From positions 234,360-298,359 of the forward strand of contig NW_005434596.1 of assembly GCF_000315625.1 (NCBI RefSeq): a stretch of 64,000 nucleotides of DNA, written 5' to 3'. Below the pieces are notes generated by a model. The model did no database searches and was not told the DNA's origin. It saw nothing but the letters and a program-made list of their open reading frames with translations. The position numbers were made by a program, and so were the translations under genes. Origin of the DNA: Guillardia theta CCMP2712 (lineage: Eukaryota > Protista > Cryptophyta). Positions 1 to 22,000 of the stretch are shown here, in pieces. The stretch's first letter is position 1. Each line of letters opens with the position of its first letter.

Positions 1-2760
1 CTCTTCGAGGATCGCGGCGCTGCCACTCCTCCTGTCTGGCTGCGGGGGCTGACGCATCAAGCAGCAATCCCTTTCTATGGCCTGGGTAAGGAGTCACTCC
101 CAGCCAGTGAACTTGCTGACTGCACACGGATGAAGGAAGGAGAAGAAGGAGGGTCGAGGAGGGATGCACAATAGAAGAGAAGTATCAAGGAGGAGGCGGA
201 GGCTGACAAAGAAGGGAGAAGAGGCGCATGAAGAAGAAGAGGAAGAGGAGACGTATGAAGGAAGGGGAGGAAGTGGAGACGCAAGAAGGAAGGGGGGGGG
301 ACAGGGCGGTAGCTACTGACCTTGCTGAACCACTCGTTCACTGACTTGTCGTAGCAGAGACCGACTTCTTTCCTCCCGCACACTCGAAACGATCTTGTGG
401 TCGACCTCCCTCCCCATATCTCACCCTTGAACAGCATGCCTCCCAACGACGACAAGCTGCCTCCTCCTCCTCCTCCTCCTCCTCCTCCTCCTCCTCCTCC
501 TTCTCCTGCCATTCTATCCACGTCCTCCTCCTCCAGGCTGATCCTCAACGTGCCCAGCTCAGGCTTGGACAAGCATCGCACCATCATGGCTCTCTCCTCC
601 ATCACGATCGACGGCTGCACGTGCGCCATGTTCGGCTCCGCCTTCTGCGTCAGCGCAACCCCTCCGCATCCACCAGCGTCCAGACCCTGTCGAGGAAGAG
701 ACCAGAGGAGGTGAGGAGCCAACCAGAGGAAGAGGAAACGATCTGAGGAGCACAAGACTTGATAGGGAACAGGATCAGCTCTTGAACCGTCGCTATCCTC
801 TCGTCCTGCGCGCCAGCCCCTCCCGCCTGCTCCTCCTCCTCCCCCTTGTCTACGAAGTTCGTCTCCAGGAACCGAAGGACCCTCCTCGCGTCGTCAAACG
901 TGCTCATGTACCCGAACGACACCCGCACCGCCCCTGTCGCCTTCCCGCCGATGACGCACCTCCGGTCCCCGCACACCTTCCCCTCCCTCAGGAACAGCTC
1001 CACGTCCTCGCTTGTATGCCCCAGCATCTCCTTGTTCGCGCCTGGGTTGCAGAAGGACCCCGTCCTCAGGTTGATCCCCACCAGACACGCCAGCTCCTCC
1101 ACGTGCGAGTAGTCAAGCAGCCCTCCAGCAGGCTGGAGCATGTTGAAGCAGCAGATCGAGCCGACGGCGCTGGAGGGAGAGGAGGGCGGAGGTCCGTAGA
1201 CCATAGCCGCCTTCCTCCCGTTGGCATGCCTCATCTTTCCCAGCTCGGAGGCGAAGAAATCCCTCAAGCTCCACGTGTGCTGCTCTATCCCCTCCATCCC
1301 GATCTCCTCCAGGTGCCGAAGCCCGAGCTCTGCCGCCATGATGGAGAGGAAGGGGATGGTTCCGTCCTCGAGCCTCTCGTGCAGACTCTCTCGCAGGACG
1401 AACATGTCGTCGTCGGCTCTCGCCGCCAAGACGGTGCCTGAGGCACAGGAGGAGTGAGTGAAGTCGGTTGTAAGAATGTGACCGCTGCAGGCAAGAACGG
1501 GAGAACGATAATTGTTATGTACAGAGATGGTTCGACACGTGATCGTTTCATAGACATGCAGGGCAAGAGAGGGTGGAGACAACACAAGCATAGGAATGCG
1601 AGCAGCACCTCCTCGCTCTCCTCACCTCCAGCAAAAGTCTTCTTCTCCAGGCACGCGGCCGACTCCCTCCTGATCAGCAGAGCTCCCAGCCCCGTCGGAT
1701 AGCCGAACATCTTGTAGAAGGAGAGAGTGATAAAGTCAGGTTTGTGCTCACCATCCAAACGGAGAGGCGATGTGCTGGCGTGCTTAGCGGCGTCTAACAG
1801 CACCTTCCACCTGGTGTCGCCTCCACACCCCAGCAGCTGGTTCAGAGCCCCAGCTTGCACCCTCTCAGTCCAGCTGAGGTCTAGCTTCTGACCGCTGAAG
1901 TTGCACTCAGCGGGGAACGCGAACAGGCTGAAGGTGGTCTGTTCCTTGCTGCCCTCGTCCGCATCCTTCGCGGCTGATTCCAGCACCTCAGCAGCCTGCA
2001 GAGCACATCAGAGGACGGAGAAGGTCACATGCGAGCTGGAGAAGCCTGGAGGGTGGAAGAGGAGGGCATGCAACAGAGGAGGAGGAGGAGGAGGAGAAGG
2101 AGGAGGAGGAGGATCAGGAGGATCAGGAGGATCAGGAGGAGGAGGAATAGGAGGAGGAGGAGGAGGCGGAGAAGGATCAGGAGGCAGCCTTTGCCATCTT
2201 TGGTTTCACCTGAGCATGCGGGATGGGATGGTAGGCGCACCCAGCGCTCTTGGCGTACTGGCGAGCACCAAGGACGCTGTTGTGGTTGTTGACAGTGTAC
2301 GCAAAGACGCTCCTGCCTGCCGCCCAGCGAAAGTTCTCAGCGACGATCTTGATGGCCTGAGTACAGCCGGAGGTGAAGACCACAGCGTACTCGCTCTCTC
2401 GGGCATGGAAGTGACGGAGTACAGCCAGCCTCGCTCGTCTGATTGCTTCTGCCGAGCGCAACGAGGCGGCGCTGCGGCTGTGGGGTTGCCGAAGCTGGAG
2501 GAGGCGACCAGGGTGAGTTGCTCCTGCAGCTGGCGTACTGACGTCAGTGTTGACCCAGCATGATCGACGTAAACTTCGTCCTTGGGGAGATGCTCGAAGC
2601 CTCTTCTGACTTCTTCGAGCCTCCCCGAGTAGCCATAGCCCTTATAACATTGCTTGAAGCTTACTAAATCTGCATCCTCCTCCTCCTGCTTCCTGACTGA
2701 ATCGCAATCACTGGTTCCATTGCTGTCATGCTGTATCCCCCCCAAAGGCTTCGCTCGAAG
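1..2760 (-). CDS. MOCOS: Molybdenum cofactor sulfurase (NifS-like PLP domain + MOSC_N), multi-exon; 3' end runs off the window, start codon not resolved
   Basis: Exons encode YVDHAGST, GNP(H)S, VFTSGCT, FAFPAECNFSG, VLLDAAK, SFYKMFGYPTGLGAL (PLP lysine), LRTGSFCNPG, AVRVSFGYMS and the MOSC_N motifs LFPIKSC...DRVWTLVD. One frameshift in a G-run at ~2482-2485. Confidence 0.93.
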
Positions 2761-3043
2761 AATTCGAGAACATCCTTCCGTCTCAGAGTAAGCAGTCCAT
2801 AGAGGCAAACTGAGACAAAGCAGTAGAGCAAGATCATTAAACCTGCAGGTCCAAGATCAGAAGCTGTTAATTGCAAGTTCCTACAGCGATGCACATCAAA
2901 CCCGCTCCATCCTCTTGCTGTGCTGCTCTCATACACTCCCTCCTGCACTTATCCAACTGTCTTCCTCCCCTCCGCCTAGACACGTCTCTCTTCCTCTAGC
3001 TCCTGCTGCTCCATCACCTGCTCCTGCATCTGTCCTATAGACC

Positions 3044-3061
3044 TGCTGCTGCTGCTGGTGC

Positions 3062-3102
<41 letters not shown>

Positions 3103-3123
3103 GTGCTGCTGCTGCTGGTGGTG

Positions 3124-3154
<31 letters not shown>

Positions 3155-3231
3155 CCGTAGTGGTAGAGGTAGTGGTGGTGGTTGTCCTGCTAGTTCTCCT
3201 CCTCCTCCTCCTCCTCCTCCTCCTCCTCCTC
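3044..3231. repeat. Compound (CTG)n/(GTG)n/(CTC)n microsatellite
   Basis: Directly visible trinucleotide runs. Confidence 0.9.
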
Positions 3232-3659
3232 CACACTTTCCCTAGCCTTAGTCTGCATTTTCGCCCTCATGCTAAGAGGTCTTATTTTGACTACCCTACC
3301 CCAAATATTCCATACTTCTACCCTCTCTAGGGAATTTTGTACCCACTCTTTCTATCTCAAAAGTACCCGTAGTAAACTACCCCTCCAGTCCTTCAAATGC
3401 ACCTCCCCGCCCACAAAGCTACATGAAGAGTGCCGGGAAGGAGGAGGGAGGGGGAGAGAGGAAGGAGGGGGGAGGGGGGGGGGAGAGGAAGGGGGAGGGG
3501 GAGGGGAGGAGGGTGAAGATGATGAGAAAGGAGGTTGAAGGGACAAGAATGAGAGTCCAGGCAGTGCAGGAGGAGGGGATAATGTGAAGTTGAGAATTGT
3601 TCGGATACCCTACGCATGCCTAACGCTGTCTTGAAACGCAGGCCCATGAAAAACTCCTG

Positions 3660-6911
<3,252 letters not shown>

Positions 6912-7093
6912 AGGACGAGGAAGGAAGCAGCAGCAGGATGAGGGGTAGCAAGAGGATTCTGACCAGGGGACAGGGAGAGTTGATAGGAGGTGTGAAGAAT
7001 GAGCAGAGGAGGAGAAAGAAATTGTGAAGAAACGCGTAGAGGTTTCTTTGTAAATTTTCTACTTGAATAGCAGCATCGCACAAGCAAGCAATA

Positions 7094-13754
<6,661 letters not shown>

Positions 13755-14815
13755 TTGAAATGTCCTCACGAGCCCAGGGCAGCCTCTACTGCAGCCTATA
13801 AGAGCAAGAAACAGTGAGAGGCAGACTTGGAGACACAGTGACGGCCTCCTTCGGGACCCGGGCATTCTACCCCAGCTCCTTCAGCTTTCATGGGATCCCT
13901 CTCCTACTCTCAGATCGCCACACCTGCTTGCTCCCGTTCACCGTTCTACAAGAAAAAGGCAAGGTCCTTGTCATGAATCATCCTTCTTTCGTCAAGTGCA
14001 CAAAACTGCTGCTGCTGCTGCTGCTGCTCCAGTACTTCCTGTCCTCTTCCTCCTCCTCTTCCTGTTCTTCCCCTTGCTCCTGTTCCTGCTCCACATTCTA
14101 GCCCTCGCATCCAACAAATGCACCTGCCTCTTCTTTTCTGCCGTAACATGCGGTCCTTTTGCTTCACCTCGAATGAAGTTTCTGCTGCTGATGATGTTCA
14201 ACCCTTTCCTCTCGCCCTCCCCGTCCTTTCTCTCCATCTCTCTCCTCCTCCTTCTCATCATCATCATCTCCTTGTCCTCGTCCTCGTCCTCGTCCTCCTT
14301 GTGCTCCTCCTCCTCCTCCTCCTCCTCCTCCTCCTCCTCCTCCTCCTCCTTCTCCTTACCATCATCGCCATCGTCACCAGGTACACGTGCATAGTCCAAC
14401 TCTGCACCTCGTTCACTCCAAAGTCACCCACCCCTACTCAGATACTACCCCTACCACCTCTAGGATAATAAAATTTCCGTTATCCACCCCATAGATTTCA
14501 CCCCTACCCCCAAGTGCTATCACGAGTATATGCGACTCTATGCCGCTCTCTGTCTGGGACTCCTGCGACTGGCGATGGCAACGGGGCCACCAGAGAGGTC
14601 AGAGGAGGAGGAGGAGGAGGAGGAGGAGGAGGAGAGGGGGAGGAGGGGGAGGAGGAGGAGGAGGACAAGAAGCAGAAGCAGAAAGAGGGAGGAGGAGGAT
14701 ACTGGAAGATTTGTTTCGCCCAGTCTGTTTCATGCTCTCTACTGCCAGTTTCACCATTTCTGAATCGGCTGGACCAGACAGTGACCGGCATGATGCTTTG
14801 AACATACATGGGATC

Positions 14816-16817
14816 ATGGCAGGTAGTTGCAATATGCCATCGGCACATGCTCTTACTTTCTTCTCTGTCCTCTCTTCCTTCGTTATCTGATGTTTGGACC
14901 GCTCTTGCTCTGTCACATCAGGTAGCTGCCATCGAGTTCGCGTGATCGACAGCTGCACTCCCAACCTGTTCCGCGCGGAGGTCGAGCATGCAAGAGAGCC
15001 GGCGATCTTGCGTGGATTGTGCATAGGGAAGGTAACAGGAGAAGGACGAAGCCTGGTGCTGAGACTTGACGGCAACCCAGTGCTTGCAAACTTGGACACC
15101 CGAGCACGTTGCCGAGCGAGGAGGGAGCAGAGTGGGTTCATCTTGGGAGGGAGACGCGGACCTTATCCTCTTGCAACTCAGGATGTCAGCGTCCACGTTT
15201 CTGTCAACGACAGGATGGACTTCATTGCGAAGAACTTCGAGTACAAGACCTTGCCCTTCTGCGAGCTCATCAAGAGGTAGGCGCTCCCTGCTACCTCGCC
15301 TCCTTGCCTGCTCCCTGCTGAAGGGATCCGTCCAGGGCCGCGCACGGGTGCAACGCAGACAAAGTGGAGGTAACCGCCTGCTCCTGCTCCTGCTCTCTGT
15401 CGACGTGATGGGTGGGCAGGGAGGCGACGAGATGAAGGTGGAGGGAAGAGCGGATGGGGCCGGCGGGGCAGACGCTGAGAGGGAAGAGGGTGAGAAAGCT
15501 GGGGACGCGCAAGGGCCAGCAAGGACGCAGGTTGAGAAGGACGAGGTGGAGAGAAGGAGAGGATACTTCCTTGGACCAGAGGAGAAGTATTATATGAGAG
15601 CACTCGGTCTGTTACAGTCTTTCCTTGTGTCTTACTCCCTGCCTCTCCCTTCTTCCTGCCTGCCCATCCCTCTCTGCCTTTTTCTCTGCTCCCTCCCTCC
15701 CTCCTCTTTCTGTCTCCCTCTGCCTCCCTCTCCCTCCCTCTCCCTCCCTCTCCCTTCCATTTCCTTTCGCTTCCTCTCTTCCTCTCTCCCCGTTTGCTAC
15801 CCTCTTGATTAGCTCCATTGCAGGCAAAGATCCCCGGAAGGACATCGCAGACTTCGCTTCAGATTTCCCTCTGCTGGCTGAGGAGGTTGATATCCCTCCT
15901 CTCTTCGATCGGGATGCTTACTTCAGCTCCGTCTTGCGGTTAGAACGATCATCCCCTCCCTCCCTCCCTCCTCCCTCCCTCCCTCCCTCCCTCCCTCCCT
16001 CCCGTCTCCTCGCTCCTCGTCTCACTGTCCTACTCCTCTGCCGTTGCGTTCACATGCCAGGATAGGGTTGGCTCTCCAGGAATTCACTTGTGGACGCACT
16101 ACGATGTCATGGACAACGCTCTTATCCAAGTCAAGAAGCTCATGATCGACTACAATGCTGACAAGATGAGCAGGTGACTGGAAGGAAGCGAGTTGTCCTC
16201 TTTTCTCCTCAGGTGTAAACGCACCTGCCAGTTTGGGTTGAGCGGGTGTGATGACATGGCAGGATGCTGATAACCTCTACATGGTTGGCGACAAGTCCGC
16301 AGTCCTAGACATCGACAACCCTGGTGCCCTCCTCCCTCTTGAGGCACAGGCTACCCCTAACTCGGTGCTTCTAAGATCTCACCCGCTTCCCTCTCTTCCG
16401 CCATGCCAGGCCCTACGAATGCATCATGGAGCCTGGTTTTCGCTCATTGCCATGTAGCTCGCTCACTCTCGTTGGGCAGGAGACGTACTCTTCATACCAG
16501 CCCTCTGGTTCCATAATGTCGTCTCCCTCGATTTTTCCATCGCCGTCAACGTCTTTTGGCGGCATCTGCCGAGGTACCACATCCTGCTTCACCTCTCCAT
16601 CTTCTTGGTGACATCTTGTTGACTTGATCTCAGGGATATGTACGACGGCAAGGACACCTATGGCAACAGAGATCCGCTCCCTGCTAACCGCGCGATGCAA
16701 CAAGTCGGTACTCTGATCAAGACCCTGGAAACCCTGCCAGCGGACCACCGGGACTTTTACGCGAGAAAGATAGTGAGGAAGATTCAAGAGAGTTGCTATG
16801 CGGACAGTTTGGAATGA
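14816..16817 (+). CDS. TYW5: tRNA wybutosine-synthesizing protein 5 (JmjC hydroxylase), multi-exon
   Basis: Spliced reading MAG|SCHRV..., VSVHVS...[22 protein letters not shown]|[22 protein letters not shown] (HxD), [11 protein letters not shown] (distal His), [14 protein letters not shown]. Confidence 0.93.
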
Positions 16818-16909
16818 ATCAATCGCATTACATTGAATATTGACTGTGCACTGTTGGAACAATCCGTGAGTGGTCTTAAGGACTTTACTATGATACAAAA
16901 TCAACACAT

Positions 16910-17950
16910 CTACTTTGACACAACGCTCGTAATGGGAAGAAAGCTCTCGATACTCGCGACGGCCCGATTGCCCATCTCGGGTCTCAGAGTTTTGGCTGGA
17001 CGTGCATACTCGACATTAGAGAACCCTCGCTTCAACCCGGACATGGTCTCAATCGCAGAGTCTGATCCAGCAGGTGAGACTGATCCGTCCTCCCGACCCA
17101 TCGTTGTGTCACAAGGAGCTGAGTGAGTTCTCTGCATCCTGACGGCCTTGGACTTGGGCTTCCCTGTGGACTTATACTTGTCGCATGCGTAAAGAAGTTC
17201 TTCATGATCAGTCCACATGGTCTTGGTGAGTTCGGCACCCAGCTTTCTTGTCCAGATGTCTCTCACCGCCTGTGCGGTGATGTGGAATAGATCAGCGACA
17301 ACGGCTGATCTTCCTGCAGACGCTTGCTCCATGGCCCCTGAGCCGCAAGTCTGGCGGGAACGCAGAGCGTAGACTTGAAGGACTTGATCCTTCGTCAACC
17401 ATTGCCCGTTCACACTGATGCCATCAACAACAGGCTCTGCCACAACAGTCGCAATAGCTTGCTGAGCTGGAAGGTTTGCCTGCTGCTGAGAAACATGATG
17501 GTGGACTTGGCCGAGAAACGTAGAGGGAAAATTGTTGGCCAGTTGTTGCTTGTTCAGTTGCGCAGCTTGCATTTGCTGCAAGTTCGCAGCAGTGAGCGGC
17601 GATGGCAAGGGGCTGACATTCACATTCATGCCGGAAGCCATGCTAGTTGGAATGTTTAAACGGAATGGAAAACCTTGGCTAGTCGTCTGTATCGTCTGTT
17701 GGTTGCGTGCTGCGTAGTTCAGCTGGGAGGCCATGTTTGCCACGTTCGACTTCATCTGAGAGAAGTCTGTGGTCAACGAGCCATTTGACTGCATGGCTTG
17801 CAACGCGCTTGCAGTAGCCAACATGCTCTGCATGTCCCTAGCGGTGAAGGCCGAGTTGTCCTGAAGGCCGAACTTGTTTCTGTTCTGGTCAAGGGTGTTG
17901 CTATGTATCACGTCCTGCTGTGCACGGGAAGCGAGGAATGCTGCCAACAT
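16910..17950 (-). CDS. Gln-rich putative transcription factor with an HTH-like domain
   Basis: 346-aa uninterrupted ORF with a Q/N-rich N-terminal half and LTKDQVLQVYALR...SAVVADLFHITAQAVRDIWTRK, an HTH-like pattern. Confidence 0.65.
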   Translation of the reverse strand: MLAAFLASRAQQDVIHSNTLDQNRNKFGLQDNSAFTARDMQSMLATASALQAMQSNGSLTTDFSQMKSNVANMASQLNYAARNQQTIQTTSQGFPFRLNIPTSMASGMNVNVSPLPSPLTAANLQQMQAAQLNKQQLANNFPSTFLGQVHHHVSQQQANLPAQQAIATVVAEPVVDGISVNGQWLTKDQVLQVYALRSRQTCGSGAMEQASAGRSAVVADLFHITAQAVRDIWTRKLGAELTKTMWTDHEELLYACDKYKSTGKPKSKAVRMQRTHSAPCDTTMGREDGSVSPAGSDSAIETMSGLKRGFSNVEYARPAKTLRPEMGNRAVASIESFLPITSVVSK

Positions 17951-19019
17951 AGAGGCGTCGAGAGATTGTGAGGGCGCTATCTTTAGAGCTTGCGAAGAGA
18001 TGGGGAAGATACAGAGATGGAGTTCTTCTGCGGGAGGAGCAGAACTAGCTAGCAGGAAGACGTGCAGTCGAAAGTGCGAGGATGGAAGAGGAGGCGAAGA
18101 ACTGGTTTAAAAAGAGCAAGGGGGTGGAGTCCAATAATGGGGGGTAGGGGTTATCACCCTACCTCGTGGATGAGTGCTTGGAGTTTACTCATCAAGAATC
18201 GACGTCACTTCACCCCTAAATAATCAAAATAATTACTTGAAAGTGTATGGTGGGGTCCACCACCATCAACTGAATCCACATCATGTTGGAGGGAAATTTG
18301 AGAAGGTTCAGGGTCCAAGGGGGGTGGCATCTGTGACACATCGTTCGGCTGTAAGCTCCGAAAGTGCAGGCGGGATATCGGGCAAAGGCTCCGTGGCTGA
18401 CATTATGCGGTATAAAATCTTAACGCTTCGAGACTTGAGTAAAACATGAGCAGCGCCAAATCATAGCCTTTGGGGTTTCTGTCCACCTGAATTACTACCA
18501 ATGGTCACGCGGTCAGATCAATAATATGATATAGAACCTCTATATGGTTTTAATTTGACTTACAAATATGTAAATACGCGTGATGCTCAATGCACGAGGG
18601 CGTCAGCTCCGTAGGAGTCTGTTCGCATGGATCGGAGCACGGATACCACACTTGAATCCACTCGTGACCTGCGCCTCGAAATAACTCGAGTTCTACGGTT
18701 TAATTGGGTTGTAAAGATATCTCAGTATAACGGATGGTTCGTTTTTAAGGCCGGTTTATAAAAATTGCGGTGGCCTTGTGGTTTTGCAGGGGTAGGGGAA
18801 GGGGGGTGGTGGGGTCATCAGGTGTTTTGAAATGACTATGTTATCCCCACCATTATCCACGGTGATGGAGGGGTAGAAAGAAGAAATGGTTCTGTAGAGG
18901 GTAGGGTGATCTAACTTCCCTCGTACGAAGAGGGTGGGGTGCTACAGGGGCTGCTAGGCAGAGTCGGGAGTCACGCAACTACTGCCTGATTACCCACCCT
19001 CGCACAGGAAGGACAGACA

Positions 19020-22000
19020 GTGTGTACTCGATGTCCATCCAGCCTCTCACATAACATATTTGGATCATCCAGTATCTCGGATTGTAACTCATGCGACAAG
19101 GGATACTATAACTACGATGGAGTATCCTGCACCCAGTGCCCTGTTAATTCCAACACCACAGTTATCGGGTCTGCTTCCGTCTCCGACTGTCAGTGCAATG
19201 TTGGGTATTACATGGATCTGGCACAATATGTGTGTATCTCCTGTGGTCCAAAACAAACCACTAGCAGCACGGGCTCTACATCCTCTTCTTCATGTTATTG
19301 CTTGGGTAACTACTACAGGGACGCCAACGGATACTGTACTTGCCCGGCGGGAAATTACATCGACTCGAACAACGATTGCAAGACCTGCCCTTACAACTCT
19401 TACAGCACCTCCATAAACAGTTCTTCTTGCGTACAATGCCAACCGGGCTTTAGGACAAGTTCAAAGACCTCAGGATCCTGCTATAGGCTCACCAACCCTT
19501 ACAACGACAGGAGCGTTGCATATCCTTATTGGACCAATTGTGGAAATTGGGATTCTATATCACAATATTATTGCGGTTACACGACATGGGGTGTGGGAAA
19601 AATAACTTACAAATGGTATTGCCCTGAAGGTACATCACACGTTGTCATATATGATTTGAAATCCAATACTGATATCAAGTCATGTACATCTGGTTTGACT
19701 ACATTGAACACTTCATTGAATTATTACATTCATACACAAACCGGAGGTTATCAATCTTATATCTTTGACACGGTGATAGAGCTTGAACTCAACAACTACT
19801 ACAGGCCGGTAGATACAATATATGAATACATAGGACAGAAGACATGGGTGAGAATGATGACATATGGATGGACAATCCCAGAATTGAAGATCAATACAAC
19901 TACAAATGAAATCATCAGATTTGACAATGGATGCCATCAATTTTCCTACTTGACACTGTACTCTGAAACTGACATCTACACTCCAGCCACTTTGAAATTA
20001 TCAATAGATTGGTCCAGTCCTGATTACATGTGGCATGAAAATGCAATCATACACATTACGATCGACAAAGATGCCACACCCCCCAAGTCAGTGCAAATCA
20101 TCATTGAAGGTATATGTAAAAGTTCCATATGCAATGGGCTGGTGGTCTATATTACCAAACATAGCTGCGGGGGGACGGGTGAGATATCATGCTCTACAAT
20201 GTTCTCGAAACCAGTACTTTTGACCTACATGGGTTACGACGGTGTTTATATGCAATCCGATGAATATGGGTCGATTGAGGTCAACTACAAGAAGTTTGCC
20301 ATCTATTACGATAACACTGTGGAGTATGGCCCAACTTATTATGGGACTTACTTCCATGTCTGTCTATCGCCTTCATATCCTATGCTAAGAAGTCTAGAGG
20401 GGATACGTTTCCAATCACAGGTTCCACATTGGTACGAAATCATGAGGTACAAACCTTGTTCTTATGGTTACTATGCGACAACCAACGTGAGCGACCCTTG
20501 TCAGAAGTGTCCGGTTGGAAAGTTCAGTAATCTAGTCAGCTTCATCCCAGACGACCCCGATCTGATGGAAGATGCTTCTTTCATTTGCCAGCCTTGCAAG
20601 CCTTACACCACGACCGACCCAACAAAACCTGCATACACTTCCAAGCATTGTATCTGCGCATCGGACACGATAATCTACAATCCTGCGGAATACCCTAATG
20701 CCATAGATTTTACCATAACGGAAAGGAATCTTTACGCTTGGTGTCTTCCCAGTGATTGTCCCATTGGTCAATACCATAATATGGATTATTACACAGTATA
20801 CAACTATGGATATTACAATTTTCTTGGAGGTTACTTGGTTGCTTCTACTACAATCATCTTCAACATGACCAATTTCATCCTTCCGTCCAGAACATGCTAC
20901 CCCTGCCCCTTTTCTCATTACAGAAACAGTAGCATCAGCAGTCAGAGATGTGTTAGGTGCCCGGAGACAAAAGGAACAAACTTTAAAGGGGCAACCTCCA
21001 TAGATGACTGCGTCTGTGACCTTGGGTTTTACTTCTCTGTGACGGAAGCCAGATGCATACCCTGTGCAATTGGATTCTACAAGGACGTGGCGGGCAATGA
21101 AGCATGCACCCCCTGCCCTGCAAACACCTCAACATTGATCGTTGGTGGCAATTCTTTGATGAGCTGCGTCTGTGACAAAGGATACTATAGCACGCAAGAT
21201 GACCAATGCGTTCCCTGCGCAGTAAAGACTTACAAGGCCGTGAAAGGAAATAATATTGAATGTGTAGAGTGCCCAGGGGACTCTACCACCGAGTCTATTG
21301 CCTCACCCGACTTTTCCGCGTGCAAGTGCGGTCCTGGATACAAAGGAGTGGATGGTAGCAATTGTGAACTTTGTCCTTCTGGCACTTTCAAGCAAACTTA
21401 CGGAAACTACCCTTGTATCAACTGTACTGACACCTACGTGACCGTGGATGACGGGACTGGGAACCAGGGGTGCTTCTGCAACTATGGCAACTACCAGGAT
21501 GTAACCGGAATGTGTGTCAACTGCCCAATCAACACCTACAAGGACACCATATCGAACAGCCCGGCATGCACTCCTTGCACCAACAATAGCATAACTTTAC
21601 AAGAGGCTTCGACAAGTGTTTCATCCTGCCTCTGCGAGCCAAGGTATGGGCTCAACAGCGACGGCGAATGTGTGAAATGCCCAAGCAACACCTACCGGAG
21701 TGGTTACAGCAGGAGCGCTTGCGTAGGATGCCCACTATATTCAACCAGCCAGGGATTTTCTGTCAAGGAGGATTGTGTATGCAACGCCGGTTACACGGGC
21801 CCCAACGGTGGTCCTTGCATCCCTTGCAATGACCGCACTTACAAGCCCCTACCCGGGAATGCCAATTGTACCTCCTGTCCCAGCAATACGGTATCCGCGC
21901 TTGCCTCCGTATCCGTCAACTCTTGCATCTGCAAGCCCGGTTATTTTGGCCCCGCTGGGTTGCCCTGTCAGCCCTGCGATGTGAATGCCTACAAGCCAGA

